A stretch of DNA of 64,000 bases from Solirubrobacterales bacterium. GTDB taxonomy: Bacteria > Actinomycetota > Thermoleophilia > Solirubrobacterales > Solirubrobacteraceae. Shown here in pieces: positions 28,237 through 36,686 of this stretch. The notes under the pieces were generated by a model. The model made no database searches. It was not told the origin of the DNA and worked only from the letters and a program-made list of their open reading frames with translations. Numbering within the stretch: position 1 is the first letter of the stretch; the number at the start of each line of letters is the position of its first letter. A program made the position numbers and the translations under genes. Location: assembly GCA_038327685.1 (NCBI GenBank), contig JBBQLH010000002.1, positions 11,147 to 75,146 on the forward strand, given 5' to 3'.

Positions 28237-28992
28237 ATGAGCAGCGCACTCCCCAATTCCCTCCCGTCTCGCCGGCTCGTAGCGGCGCCGGCGCGCGACG
28301 TCGCCGTCGTCATGGCCGACTCCTCCTGCCGCGAGGCCGTCGGCTCGCTGCTCGCGGGCGCCGTCCGGCAGTGGGCGGGGACCATCGCCACGCGGGGCAT
28401 CTGCGACCTCGCAGATGACTGCCCCGACGCGGTCGTGCTGGTGGCGGACTTCGCGGTGCCGGCCGGCATGGCCGCATTGCGCCGCATCCGCAGCGATGTC
28501 CCCGCCGCCCGCGTCGTCGTCGTCGCGCGCGACGACAGGAGCGCCACCGCGCGCCAGGCGCTCAACGCGGGCGCCGACGCCTTCGTGCGGGCGGACGAGG
28601 TCGACCAGGCGCTCGCGCCTGCGCTCGATGCGGTCATGGCAGGGCTCGTCTGCGCTCCGCGCGCCGCGCGGCGCCTGATCGCAAAGCCGACGTTCTCCCA
28701 TCGCGAGAAGGAAGTCCTCGAGCTGCTGGTGCCGGGGCTGACCAATCGGCAGATCGCGGCTCGACTGTACCTCGCGGAGAGCACCGTCAAGAGCCATCTC
28801 GCGTCGGCCTTCGCGAAGCTCGGCGTGCGGTCTCGCAGCGATGCCGTCGCGTTGCTGCTCGATCCGGCCGAGGGGCTGGCGACGACTGCACTGCCGCCGG
28901 GCGCAACCTCGCAGGGAAGCGCTCCGTCCGTTGTCGGTCTACGGAAGTCCGGTCGTCCCGGCGCCGTTGATCGACCAGGGTGCGAAACCTGA
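28237..28992 (+). CDS. LuxR-family regulator with atypical receiver domain
   Basis: REC-like N-terminus (VMADSS, VLVADF) and LuxR HTH FSHREKEVLELLVPGLTNRQIAARLYLAESTVKSHL. Alternative TTG start at 28222. Confidence 0.75.
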   Translation: MSSALPNSLPSRRLVAAPARDVAVVMADSSCREAVGSLLAGAVRQWAGTIATRGICDLADDCPDAVVLVADFAVPAGMAALRRIRSDVPAARVVVVARDDRSATARQALNAGADAFVRADEVDQALAPALDAVMAGLVCAPRAARRLIAKPTFSHREKEVLELLVPGLTNRQIAARLYLAESTVKSHLASAFAKLGVRSRSDAVALLLDPAEGLATTALPPGATSQGSAPSVVGLRKSGRPGAVDRPGCET

Positions 28993-29014
28993 GCACAGAG
29001 ATCAAACGGTGGCG

Positions 29015-29881
29015 ATGAGCGTGGCCCAAGCGGTCCGGGTGGCCCCCATCACCGACGGCGACGTGCGCCGGTCGGCGGAGTTCCTGCATGCGCAGCTGAA
29101 CACGCGCGTATCCGTCGATGACTGGTCGCGCGCGGTCGACGTGCCGTGGGCGGTCGAGAAGCCGAACGCCGGATTCATGCTGCTCGACGGCGACGAGGTG
29201 GTCGGCGTTCAACTCGCGTTCTACTCGGAGCGCATCCTGAACGGCAGCCGCGAGCGCTTCTGCAACCTCGGCGCCTGGTGCGTGTTGCCGCGCTATCGCT
29301 TCCACGGGCTGCGGCTGCTGCGGGCGGTGCTGCGCCAGGACGGCTACCACTTCACGGACCTGTCGCCGAGCGGGAACGTCGTCGGCGTCAACGAGAAGTT
29401 GAGCTTTCGCTTTCTCGACACGACGACCGCGCTCGTCCCCAACCTCCCTTGGCCGACCTTGCCCGGCCGCGGTCGCATCATCTCCGACCCCGAGCTGATC
29501 GAGCGCACGCTCACCGGTGCCGAACTCGATCTCTATAGGGACCACGCGGCCACGAGTGCTCGCCACGTGGTGCTGGCCCGTGGCGACGAGTGGTGCTACG
29601 TCATCTTCCGCCGCGACAGGCGCAAGGGGCTGCCGCTGTTCGCGAGCGTCCTCTATGTGAGCAACCCGGCCCTCTTCCGGGCGATGGCACCTCGCTTCGC
29701 GCGCCACCTGCTGATCCACCACCACGCCCTGGCCACGCTGGCAGAGGAGCGAATCGTCGCCTACCGGCCGCGGCCTTCGTACCGGCTCCGGTCACCGCGG
29801 CGAAAGATGTTCCGCAGCCCCAGCCTTGCGCCCGCGCAGATCGACGATCTCTACAGCGAGCTGGTCTGCGTCTCGTGGTGA
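29015..29881 (+). CDS. two-domain GNAT-fold acyltransferase-like protein
   Basis: N-terminal half has a GNAT-like core (GVQLAFYSER...WCVLPRYRFHGLRLL). The C-terminal half is unassigned. Lies immediately upstream of the ligase. Confidence 0.5.
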   Translation: MSVAQAVRVAPITDGDVRRSAEFLHAQLNTRVSVDDWSRAVDVPWAVEKPNAGFMLLDGDEVVGVQLAFYSERILNGSRERFCNLGAWCVLPRYRFHGLRLLRAVLRQDGYHFTDLSPSGNVVGVNEKLSFRFLDTTTALVPNLPWPTLPGRGRIISDPELIERTLTGAELDLYRDHAATSARHVVLARGDEWCYVIFRRDRRKGLPLFASVLYVSNPALFRAMAPRFARHLLIHHHALATLAEERIVAYRPRPSYRLRSPRRKMFRSPSLAPAQIDDLYSELVCVSW

Positions 29882-29899
29882 GCCCCGAAGGATCAACTC

Positions 29900-29905
29900 A
29901 GGAGG
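29900..29905 (+). promoter_or_regulatory. Shine-Dalgarno AGGAGG for the acyl-CoA ligase gene
   Basis: AGGAGG lies 5 nt upstream of the ATG at 29911. Confidence 0.7.
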
Positions 29906-29910
29906 TGGAC

Positions 29911-31482
29911 ATGGCAATGCGAACGCAGCTGCACCAGATCGTCGCCCAGATGGCGGCGAAGCGGCCCGACGCGCCGTCGCTGACGATCAAGGACACGACC
30001 CTGAGCTACAGCGAGCTCTGGGACGAGGCGCGCGCGTTCGCCGCCGGGTTGGCCCGCATCGGGCTCGGTCGCAGCGAGCGCGTTGCCATCTACCTCGACA
30101 AGCAGATCGAGACGGTGGCGTCCGTGTTCGGTACCTCGGCGGCCGGCGGCGCATTCGTCCCGGTCAACCCGCTGCTGCGCCCCCAGCAGGTCGGCTACAT
30201 CCTCGACGACTGCAGCGTCCGAGTGCTCGTGACGTCGGCGGAGCGGCTCGAGACGCTCGGCGACGAGCTCGAGCGGTGCGCATCGATCGAGCACGTGATC
30301 GTGGTGGCCGGAGGGCGCAAGCCCTCCGGGGAGCGGGTGTACGCCGTCCACTCGTGGGACGACTTCCTGGACACGGCCGACGCGCCCGAGCCCAACCTGA
30401 TCGACCTCGACATGGCGGCCATCTTCTACACGTCGGGCAGCACGGGGAAGCCCAAGGGCGTCGTCCTCTCCCACCGCAACCTGATCGTCGGCGGCGAGAG
30501 CGTCAGCCACTATCTGGGCAACCACGAGGACGATTGCATTCTCGCGGCCCTGCCGCTCAGCTTCGACGCCGGGTTCAGCCAGCTGACGACCGGGTTCACG
30601 GTCGGGGCCCACGTCGTGCTGGTCAACTACCTGCTGCCGCGTGAGGTGGTGGGGCTCTGCGCCGAGCACCGGGTCACCGGTCTCACGTGCGTGCCGCCGC
30701 TGTGGCTCCAGCTTGCCGACCAGACCTGGCCGGCGGAGGCAATGAGGAGCGTGCGCTACTTCGCCAACACGGGCGGTCGGATGCCGAAGTCGACGCTCGA
30801 CCGGCTGCGCGCGATCTTCCCGCGCGCGAGGCCCTTCCTCATGTACGGGCTCACCGAGGCGTTTCGCTCGACCTACCTCGACCCCGCCGAGGTGGACCGC
30901 CGGCCCGACTCGATCGGCAAGGCGATCCCGAACGCCGAGATCCTCGTGGTGCGCGAGGACGGCTCCCTCTGCGATCCGGACGAGCAGGGCGAGCTGGTCC
31001 ACCGCGGAGCGCTCGTCGCGATGGGCTACTGGAACGATCCGGAGCGGACCGCCGAGCGGTTCAGGCCGGCGCCGAGCCGTGACGGCGCGATCTGCACCAC
31101 CGAGACGGCGGTCTTCTCGGGCGACCTCGTCCGCCGTGACGAGGAAGGGTTCCTGTACTTCGTCGGGCGCAAGGACGAGATGATCAAGACCTCGGGCTAC
31201 CGCGTGAGCCCGACCGAGATCGAGGAGGTCGCATACGGCACCGGACTCGTCGGCGACGCGGTCGCGCTCGGCGCGGACGACGAGCGTCTCGGACAGCACA
31301 TCGTGCTGGCCGTCAGCCCCGCCAACGGCCATGTCGACCCCGATGAGCTGCTGGCGGTCCTGCGCCGCCAGCTTCCGCGGTACATGGTGCCCAAGCACGT
31401 GGTGGTGCGGCCCTCCCTCCCACGTTCGCCGAACAACAAGTTCGACCGCAACCTCCTTCGGCAGGAGCTGGCGGAGCGATGA
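29911..31482 (+). CDS. AMP-forming acyl-CoA/acyl-ACP ligase (adenylate-forming superfamily), resembling exosortase-A-associated ligases
   Basis: AMP-binding motif YTSGSTGKPKGV, GYWNDP, SGDLVRRDEEGFLYFVGRKDEMIKTSGYRVSPTEIE. The N-terminal VAIYLDKQIETV...VPVNPLLRPQQV...VRVLVTSAERL pattern matches my memory of the PEP-CTERM-associated ligase family. Confidence 0.85.
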   Translation: MAMRTQLHQIVAQMAAKRPDAPSLTIKDTTLSYSELWDEARAFAAGLARIGLGRSERVAIYLDKQIETVASVFGTSAAGGAFVPVNPLLRPQQVGYILDDCSVRVLVTSAERLETLGDELERCASIEHVIVVAGGRKPSGERVYAVHSWDDFLDTADAPEPNLIDLDMAAIFYTSGSTGKPKGVVLSHRNLIVGGESVSHYLGNHEDDCILAALPLSFDAGFSQLTTGFTVGAHVVLVNYLLPREVVGLCAEHRVTGLTCVPPLWLQLADQTWPAEAMRSVRYFANTGGRMPKSTLDRLRAIFPRARPFLMYGLTEAFRSTYLDPAEVDRRPDSIGKAIPNAEILVVREDGSLCDPDEQGELVHRGALVAMGYWNDPERTAERFRPAPSRDGAICTTETAVFSGDLVRRDEEGFLYFVGRKDEMIKTSGYRVSPTEIEEVAYGTGLVGDAVALGADDERLGQHIVLAVSPANGHVDPDELLAVLRRQLPRYMVPKHVVVRPSLPRSPNNKFDRNLLRQELAER

Positions 31483-32702
31483 CCGACGGACTCGCGACCG
31501 GGGTGGGGCCGGGCGTCTGCCGCGAAGTCGGCGGGGTGCCACTCGACCTTCTCGCCGAGCGTGTCGGATCGACACCGTTCTTCGCCTACGACAGGCACCG
31601 ACTCACCGAACGGGTCGCGTCCCTGAGAGCCGCCCTGCCGGACGATGTCGAGCTCGGCTACGCGATCAAGGCGAACCCGATGCCGGCGGTGGTCCAGCAT
31701 CTGAGCGGACTCGTCGACTCGTTCGACGTCGCCTCGGGCGGAGAGCTCAGGGTGGCGCTCGACACTCCGATGCCGGCCGAGCGGGTCAGCTTCGCCGGCC
31801 CCGGAAAGACGCCCGCCGAGCTGAGCCAGGCGATCGCCGCGGGTGCGACGATCGAGCTCGAGTCCGAGACCGAGGCGGCCCGGGTCGTGGAGGCCGGCGA
31901 GCGGCTCGGGGTCCGGCCGCGGGTCGCCGTCCGCGTCAATCCCGACTTCCGGGTCAAGGGCTCGGGGATGCGGATGGGCGGCGGACCCCAGCAGTTCGGA
32001 GTCGACGCTGAGCGGGTGCCCGCCCTGCTCGCAACCCTCGCGCGGGCCGACCTCGAGCTGCTCGGATTCCACATCTTCGCCGGCTCGCAGAACCTCAATG
32101 CGGAGATCCTCTGCGAGGCGCAGCGGGCGACCGTCGCCCTCGCCTTGCGCCTCGCCGAGGACTGCCCGGCGCCCGTCCGATACCTGAACATCGGCGGCGG
32201 TTTCGGGATCCCCTACTCCGACCGCGACTCGCCGCTCGATCTCGACGCGATCGGCGAGAACCTCGCAGGCCTGATGGCGGATGCGATCCGCCCCAACCTC
32301 CCGGCCGCCCGTGTGGTCGTCGAGCTCGGTCGCTACATCGTCGGCGAGTGCGGGGTCTACGTGACCCGGATCGTCGATCGCAAGGAGTCGCGCGGCAAGC
32401 TGTTCCTGGTCGTCGACGGTGGACTCCACCACCAGCTCGCCGCCTCGGGCAACCTCGGCCAGGTGATCCGCCGCAACTATCCGGTCGCGATCGCAGGCCG
32501 CGCTGCCGACGTGGACACGGAGCAGGTCACCGTCGTCGGCTGCCTGTGCACGCCGCTGGACCTGCTCGCCGACGACGTCGCCCTCCCGCGGGCTGAGATC
32601 GGGGACCTCGTCGTCATCTTCCAGGCGGGCGCGTACGGGCTCACCGCCAGCCCGACGGGCTTCCTCAGCCATCCCGCTCCGGTTGAGGTGCTGGTCTCAT
32701 GA
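31479..32702 (+). CDS. PLP-dependent decarboxylase (Orn/DAP/Arg decarboxylase fold)
   Basis: ATGA coupling to the ligase. PLP-lysine motif YAIKANP, then GGGFGIPY and a C-terminal beta-barrel region. Confidence 0.85.
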   Translation: MTDGLATGVGPGVCREVGGVPLDLLAERVGSTPFFAYDRHRLTERVASLRAALPDDVELGYAIKANPMPAVVQHLSGLVDSFDVASGGELRVALDTPMPAERVSFAGPGKTPAELSQAIAAGATIELESETEAARVVEAGERLGVRPRVAVRVNPDFRVKGSGMRMGGGPQQFGVDAERVPALLATLARADLELLGFHIFAGSQNLNAEILCEAQRATVALALRLAEDCPAPVRYLNIGGGFGIPYSDRDSPLDLDAIGENLAGLMADAIRPNLPAARVVVELGRYIVGECGVYVTRIVDRKESRGKLFLVVDGGLHHQLAASGNLGQVIRRNYPVAIAGRAADVDTEQVTVVGCLCTPLDLLADDVALPRAEIGDLVVIFQAGAYGLTASPTGFLSHPAPVEVLVS

Positions 32703-33865
32703 TGGTGGTGGTGGTTGGGTTGGCGGTGGTGGTCGGGCTTCCGGGGCTGGCGGCTGCGGCGCATCTGGGTGTGCTGGCGGCGGGCTCGGTCTTCTATCGC
32801 CAGCGCCGCTCGGGGGGCGAGGAGGAGATCGCGTTCCTCGTGCTCATCCCTGCCCACAACGAGGAGGTGGTCATCGGCCGCTGCCTCGAGGCCATCCGCG
32901 CGGACCTGCGAGCGCGCGATGTGATGCTGGTCGTCGCCGATCGCTGCAGCGACGCGACAGCGGCGATCGCCCGCCGGTTCGGCGCCCGCGTACTCGAGCG
33001 CGACCCGGACCAGCCGCCCGGTCGCGCAGCCGCCCGCCAAGCCGGCCTGGAACACGCGCGCACGCTGGAATGGGACGCGGTGGTGATGCTCGACGCCGAC
33101 TCGGTGATCGCACCGGGATTCCTCGACGCCTGCCAACAGACCCTCGCCGCCGGCGCCGACGCCGTCCAAGCCCGCAGCGAGAGCACCCGCGGACACACGC
33201 TGGCCAGCGAGGCCTCCCTCGCCGCCTTCGCCCTGCAGGGCATCACCCTTCCCCGCGGCCGCGACCGCCTCGGACTCTCCGTGCGCCTCCGCGGCACCGG
33301 CATGGCGATCCGCCGGCCCCTCGCCCTCGCGCACCGCTTCCGCGCCCCCGCCTCCGAAGATCTCGTCTTCACCCTCGACCTGATCCTGGCCGGCACCCGC
33401 TGCCGACACGTCGACAGCGCCCGCCTGCGCTCCGAGGGCGAAAACCGCTGGAGCACCTTCGGCAGCCAGAAAGTCCGCTACGAAGCCGGACGCATGGCCG
33501 CCGCACGCGCCTACGTCCCACGCCTCCTCAAACGCGCAATCGAGCACCGCGACCCCGCCGCCCTCGAAGCCGCCTGGTTCCTCGCCACCCCCCCATTCGC
33601 GCTCGCCACACTCAGCCTGCTCAGCGCACTCTCCCTCACCACCATCGCCCACGCCTGGACGCTCGCCGCGACCTTCGCCGCCGCGCTGCTCACCCTCACC
33701 CTCGTCATCCTCACCGGCCTCATCCAGGCCCGGGCCCGCCCCCGCACCTGGCTCGCACTGCTCGCCGCCCCCTGGTACCTCGCCTGGAAAACCATCATCC
33801 AACTCCGCGCCCTCGCCAGCGTCCTCCGACGCGACGACTACTACCCACCCACCGCACGCGCCTAG
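32699..33865 (+). CDS. membrane-bound family 2 glycosyltransferase
   Basis: ATGATG overlap with the decarboxylase stop. VLIPAHNEE, MLDADS, GTGMAIRR, SEDLVFTL, and C-terminal TM helices. Confidence 0.85.
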   Translation: MMVVVVGLAVVVGLPGLAAAAHLGVLAAGSVFYRQRRSGGEEEIAFLVLIPAHNEEVVIGRCLEAIRADLRARDVMLVVADRCSDATAAIARRFGARVLERDPDQPPGRAAARQAGLEHARTLEWDAVVMLDADSVIAPGFLDACQQTLAAGADAVQARSESTRGHTLASEASLAAFALQGITLPRGRDRLGLSVRLRGTGMAIRRPLALAHRFRAPASEDLVFTLDLILAGTRCRHVDSARLRSEGENRWSTFGSQKVRYEAGRMAAARAYVPRLLKRAIEHRDPAALEAAWFLATPPFALATLSLLSALSLTTIAHAWTLAATFAAALLTLTLVILTGLIQARARPRTWLALLAAPWYLAWKTIIQLRALASVLRRDDYYPPTARA

Positions 33866-33914
33866 CGCGCCGCGGCCGGACTCGGGACACGGCTATGTGG
33901 GCGCGACTACAGAC

Positions 33915-33921
33915 AAGGAGG
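33915..33921 (+). promoter_or_regulatory. Shine-Dalgarno AAGGAGG
   Basis: Lies 6 nt upstream of the ATG at 33928. Confidence 0.65.
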
Positions 33922-33927
33922 CGGCTG

Positions 33928-34929
33928 ATGGTGACGGCGCTGCCCCTCCTCGTGGCACTCGGATTCGTGGTCGCGGTCGCGCGGCCGGGGACCGATCCGG
34001 CTGTTGAGACGTCAGCCAAGGGGGCTCCCGCCCGCAACGGTCATCGCGCCGAGCTCCGGGCAGCCACGTATTCGCGCGACCGCGCGAGCCGGCCGAGCCC
34101 CGCTCGCAAGGGCTACCGGTTCCCGAACCGCAAGACGACCGGGGTACCGCACGGGTGGGCGCCGCGGCGGACGCGCGCGAGCGACCTCACCGTCACCCGG
34201 GCGGGGACCGTCGTGCGGGACACCCGGTTCACGAACGGGGCCAACATCATCGTCAAGGCCAGGGACGTCACGATCCGGCGCGTCGACATGCAGGGCGGGA
34301 TGGTCACGAACCAGTCGGGGTCGAACTGCGGCACCGGGCTGCTGGTGGAGGACTCGACCTTCGAGCCTGCCAAGGGACAGCCCTACGTCGGCAACGACAG
34401 TCCGGCCATCGGAGAGGGCGGCTACGACGCGAGGCGCGTGGAGATCTGGAAGCGGGGCGAGGGCTTCCGGGCGTCCGACTGCGGGCAGGTCAAAATCACG
34501 GACTCGTTCGCGTACATCGTGGGCGATACTCCCGATTGCGGCCGAGACCTGCACTCGGACGGGGTCCAGGGCTATTTCGCGAAGGGCATGACCCTTCGCA
34601 ACGCGACCCTCATCTTCGGCAACGATTGCGGAACGTCTCCCTACTTCATCGGCTACGGCCCTGGTTATCCGTCCGAGCCGCCGATCAACACCGGCACCTA
34701 CATCGTGGATCGTCTCCTCGTGGCGGGTGGCGGTTATGTGTTCCGCCAGGGCGTCCCCGCCTCCGTGACCGGGCTGCGCATCGTCGACAAGTCGTGGCTG
34801 TATGGACCGATCGACAACGCGTGCCCGGCCATCTCACGGTGGGAGGCCAAGATCGTCAAGGTCGACTCCCACTATCGAATCACGCGCGTGGTCCGCAACC
34901 AGCGTTGCAACACCAACACGAGGGACTAG
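33928..34929 (+). CDS. N-terminally anchored/secreted protein of unknown function, paralog of 38643-39932
   Basis: TM/signal MVTALPLLVALGFVVAVA. Long collinear identity blocks with the downstream paralog. The ORF-track start at 32683 is a shadow extension through the GT2 gene. Confidence 0.7.
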   Translation: MVTALPLLVALGFVVAVARPGTDPAVETSAKGAPARNGHRAELRAATYSRDRASRPSPARKGYRFPNRKTTGVPHGWAPRRTRASDLTVTRAGTVVRDTRFTNGANIIVKARDVTIRRVDMQGGMVTNQSGSNCGTGLLVEDSTFEPAKGQPYVGNDSPAIGEGGYDARRVEIWKRGEGFRASDCGQVKITDSFAYIVGDTPDCGRDLHSDGVQGYFAKGMTLRNATLIFGNDCGTSPYFIGYGPGYPSEPPINTGTYIVDRLLVAGGGYVFRQGVPASVTGLRIVDKSWLYGPIDNACPAISRWEAKIVKVDSHYRITRVVRNQRCNTNTRD

Positions 34930-34955
34930 CTGGAGGAACGAGTCGGCGTCGGCCG

Positions 34956-35231
34956 TCAGCGGGACTTCGCGGCGACGAAAGCCGCCAGGCTCCCGATCGT
35001 CTCGAAGACCTCGGCGGTGACGTCCTCGTCCTCCACCGTGATGCCGAAGCGACGCTCGAGCTCGACGACCAGCTCGAGGACGGCCAGGGAGTCGAGCTCC
35101 GGAATCGAGGTGAGGGACGTCTGCGCGTCCAGGGCGCCGGCGCGATCCTCGATGGCCAACGTCTTGATCACGACGGCCCTGACGTCGGCGACACCGATCG
35201 TCTGGTTCGTGCCCATGGAAGAGGTGCTCAT
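34956..35231 (-). CDS. acyl carrier protein
   Basis: 91 aa. Phosphopantetheine site ELDSLAVLELV and an acidic helix pattern. Confidence 0.85.
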   Translation of the reverse strand: MSTSSMGTNQTIGVADVRAVVIKTLAIEDRAGALDAQTSLTSIPELDSLAVLELVVELERRFGITVEDEDVTAEVFETIGSLAAFVAAKSR

Positions 35232-35232
35232 G

Positions 35233-36671
35233 TCAAATCAACGCACCGGGACCGGCCGGTCTTGCGCGCCGGCTGCGCCGCAGACTCAGCAGGCCGGAGG
35301 CTGCGAGCATCAACCCGAGCGCGGCCGCGCGGACGACGCCGCCGGCGTCGCGCGGCAGGGGGAGCGCGGCCGGATCGACGATGGAGATGATGGTCACAGC
35401 GGCAAACGCGGCTGAGAGTACGGACATGCTCACCCGCTCGTCGCGATGAGACGAGGTGGCTCCGCACCAGATCGCGACCAGCGCGGCCCCGATCAACGTA
35501 TCCGACGGCGCGAACGCGACATCGACCAGGGATCCGGCCACGAACAGCGCGATCGGCCAATACCAGCGCCTTCGGCCCTTGGCCCGGGGGGCATGGCCGC
35601 GGGCGAGCCCCAACCCGATCGAGGCGACGAGGATCACCAGCACGAAGCGCAGGCGATCGAGCCTCTCGAGGAGGCGGGCGCTCTCGCGGCCGCCTCCCGC
35701 CGTGAGGAAGTAGGCATCGGTCTGGCGAGCGAGTACGGTGCGCCAGCCGGATTGCCATTCGCTGGGCATGATCCACGCCATCAGGGTCATGCCGGTCCCG
35801 AGGTTCAGAGAGGCCGCCGGGGGCACGCGCACCACCTCGCCCGCGCCTTCGAAGCTCATGCCGGGCCCGAAGCGGCCGGCGCTCGTCCATTTCGCTCCAC
35901 GGATCGTGCCGGTGTTCCCGTTGCCCGACGCGTCGGTCGCGGTCCGTCCCCCGCCGGCGTCGAATCCGTACGCCGCCGCGAGCCCCGCCGAGGCGGGGCC
36001 GGCGCGGCCTGAGATCGGTGTCGACATCGCGGCCCGCACCTCCGAGGGGCGAGCGCTCGGCGGTAGACACGCAGTTCGTCGATCACGCCCTGGAAGTACT
36101 CCCCGTAAGGGCGGTTGCCGCCGATCCACAGGGGATCCGTCGTCCTCAGGACGGTCCCGGACACCGATCGGCTCGACACCTCGAGGCCGTCGACGTACAG
36201 GCGGTACTTCGCCCCGTCGTACGTCGCCGCGAGATGCGTCCAGCGGCCAACCGGCTCCGCGCGCAGACCATCCACATGCTGCGTGTTGCCGCCGAACGTC
36301 CCTCCCCCGGCCGGGACGAGCGGCGAGCCGATCCTCGGATCGAGGATGCCGGCCAGGAGCAGCGCGCCAAGCACGATTGCGGAGACGGCGGCTCCACGGC
36401 CGCCCGCCCACCGCCTCCGCTCCGGTCGGGCCTCGCGCGCGCGGGACCGGGAAGCGGCAAGCGCGAGGGCTATGAGCGGAAGGGCGGGAAGGTCCGCCGC
36501 GTCGACACCATGCTGCTCGGAGAGCGCCAGGACGGTCGGGCCGTGCCACGGCTCCAGCGTGAGGAAGCCGCACGCAGCCACCAGCAGGAAGGCGACGAGC
36601 GCAGGGCTCTCGCGGCCTGGCCCGGGGACGAGACGGCGGACTGGGCTAACCGATGTCCGCGTGGCTGGCAC
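35233..36671 (-). pseudogene. polytopic membrane protein with a LamG (Laminin_G_3) ectodomain in swapped half order; reading frame broken once near 36045
   Basis: Upstream frame (36671 to about 36045): 3 TM helices, then the LamG C-half (WTHLAATYDGAKYRLYVDG...IDELRVYRRALAP). Downstream frame (36045 to 35233): SEVRAAMSTPI linker, the LamG N-half (DASGNGNTGTIRGAKW...MTLMAWI), then 5 TM helices. May be an intact CDS if the break is an assembly error or recoding. Confidence 0.55.
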
Positions 36672-36686
36672 GACCGTACGCGCCGG

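Noticed and set aside
29893-31575. 560-aa minus-strand ORF and similar ones (28787-29725, 31197-32672, 32477-33802, 40037-41374, 55259-56842, 56590-58026)
   Set aside because: All lie opposite genes with clear family motifs and show the biased Arg/Gly/Asp/His composition of antisense frames in GC-rich DNA.
32683-33927. N-terminal 415 codons of the 748-aa ORF 32683-34929 (similar 5' extensions occur for ORFs 15384-17426, 6085-7647, 47743-49578, 1270-1962 and 25860-27053)
   Set aside because: The extensions overlap well-supported genes in another frame and are Arg/Pro-rich. Internal starts with RBS or overlap coupling give proteins with normal N-termini.
35228-36070. 280-aa third-frame ORF across the LamG gene, considered as holding missing LamG halves
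   Set aside because: The translation is Arg/Gly/Asp-rich junk with no LamG strands. The other minus-strand frames upstream (36146-36460, and 35233-36573 beyond 36045) are equally featureless. The half-swapped order is therefore not explained by extra frameshifts.
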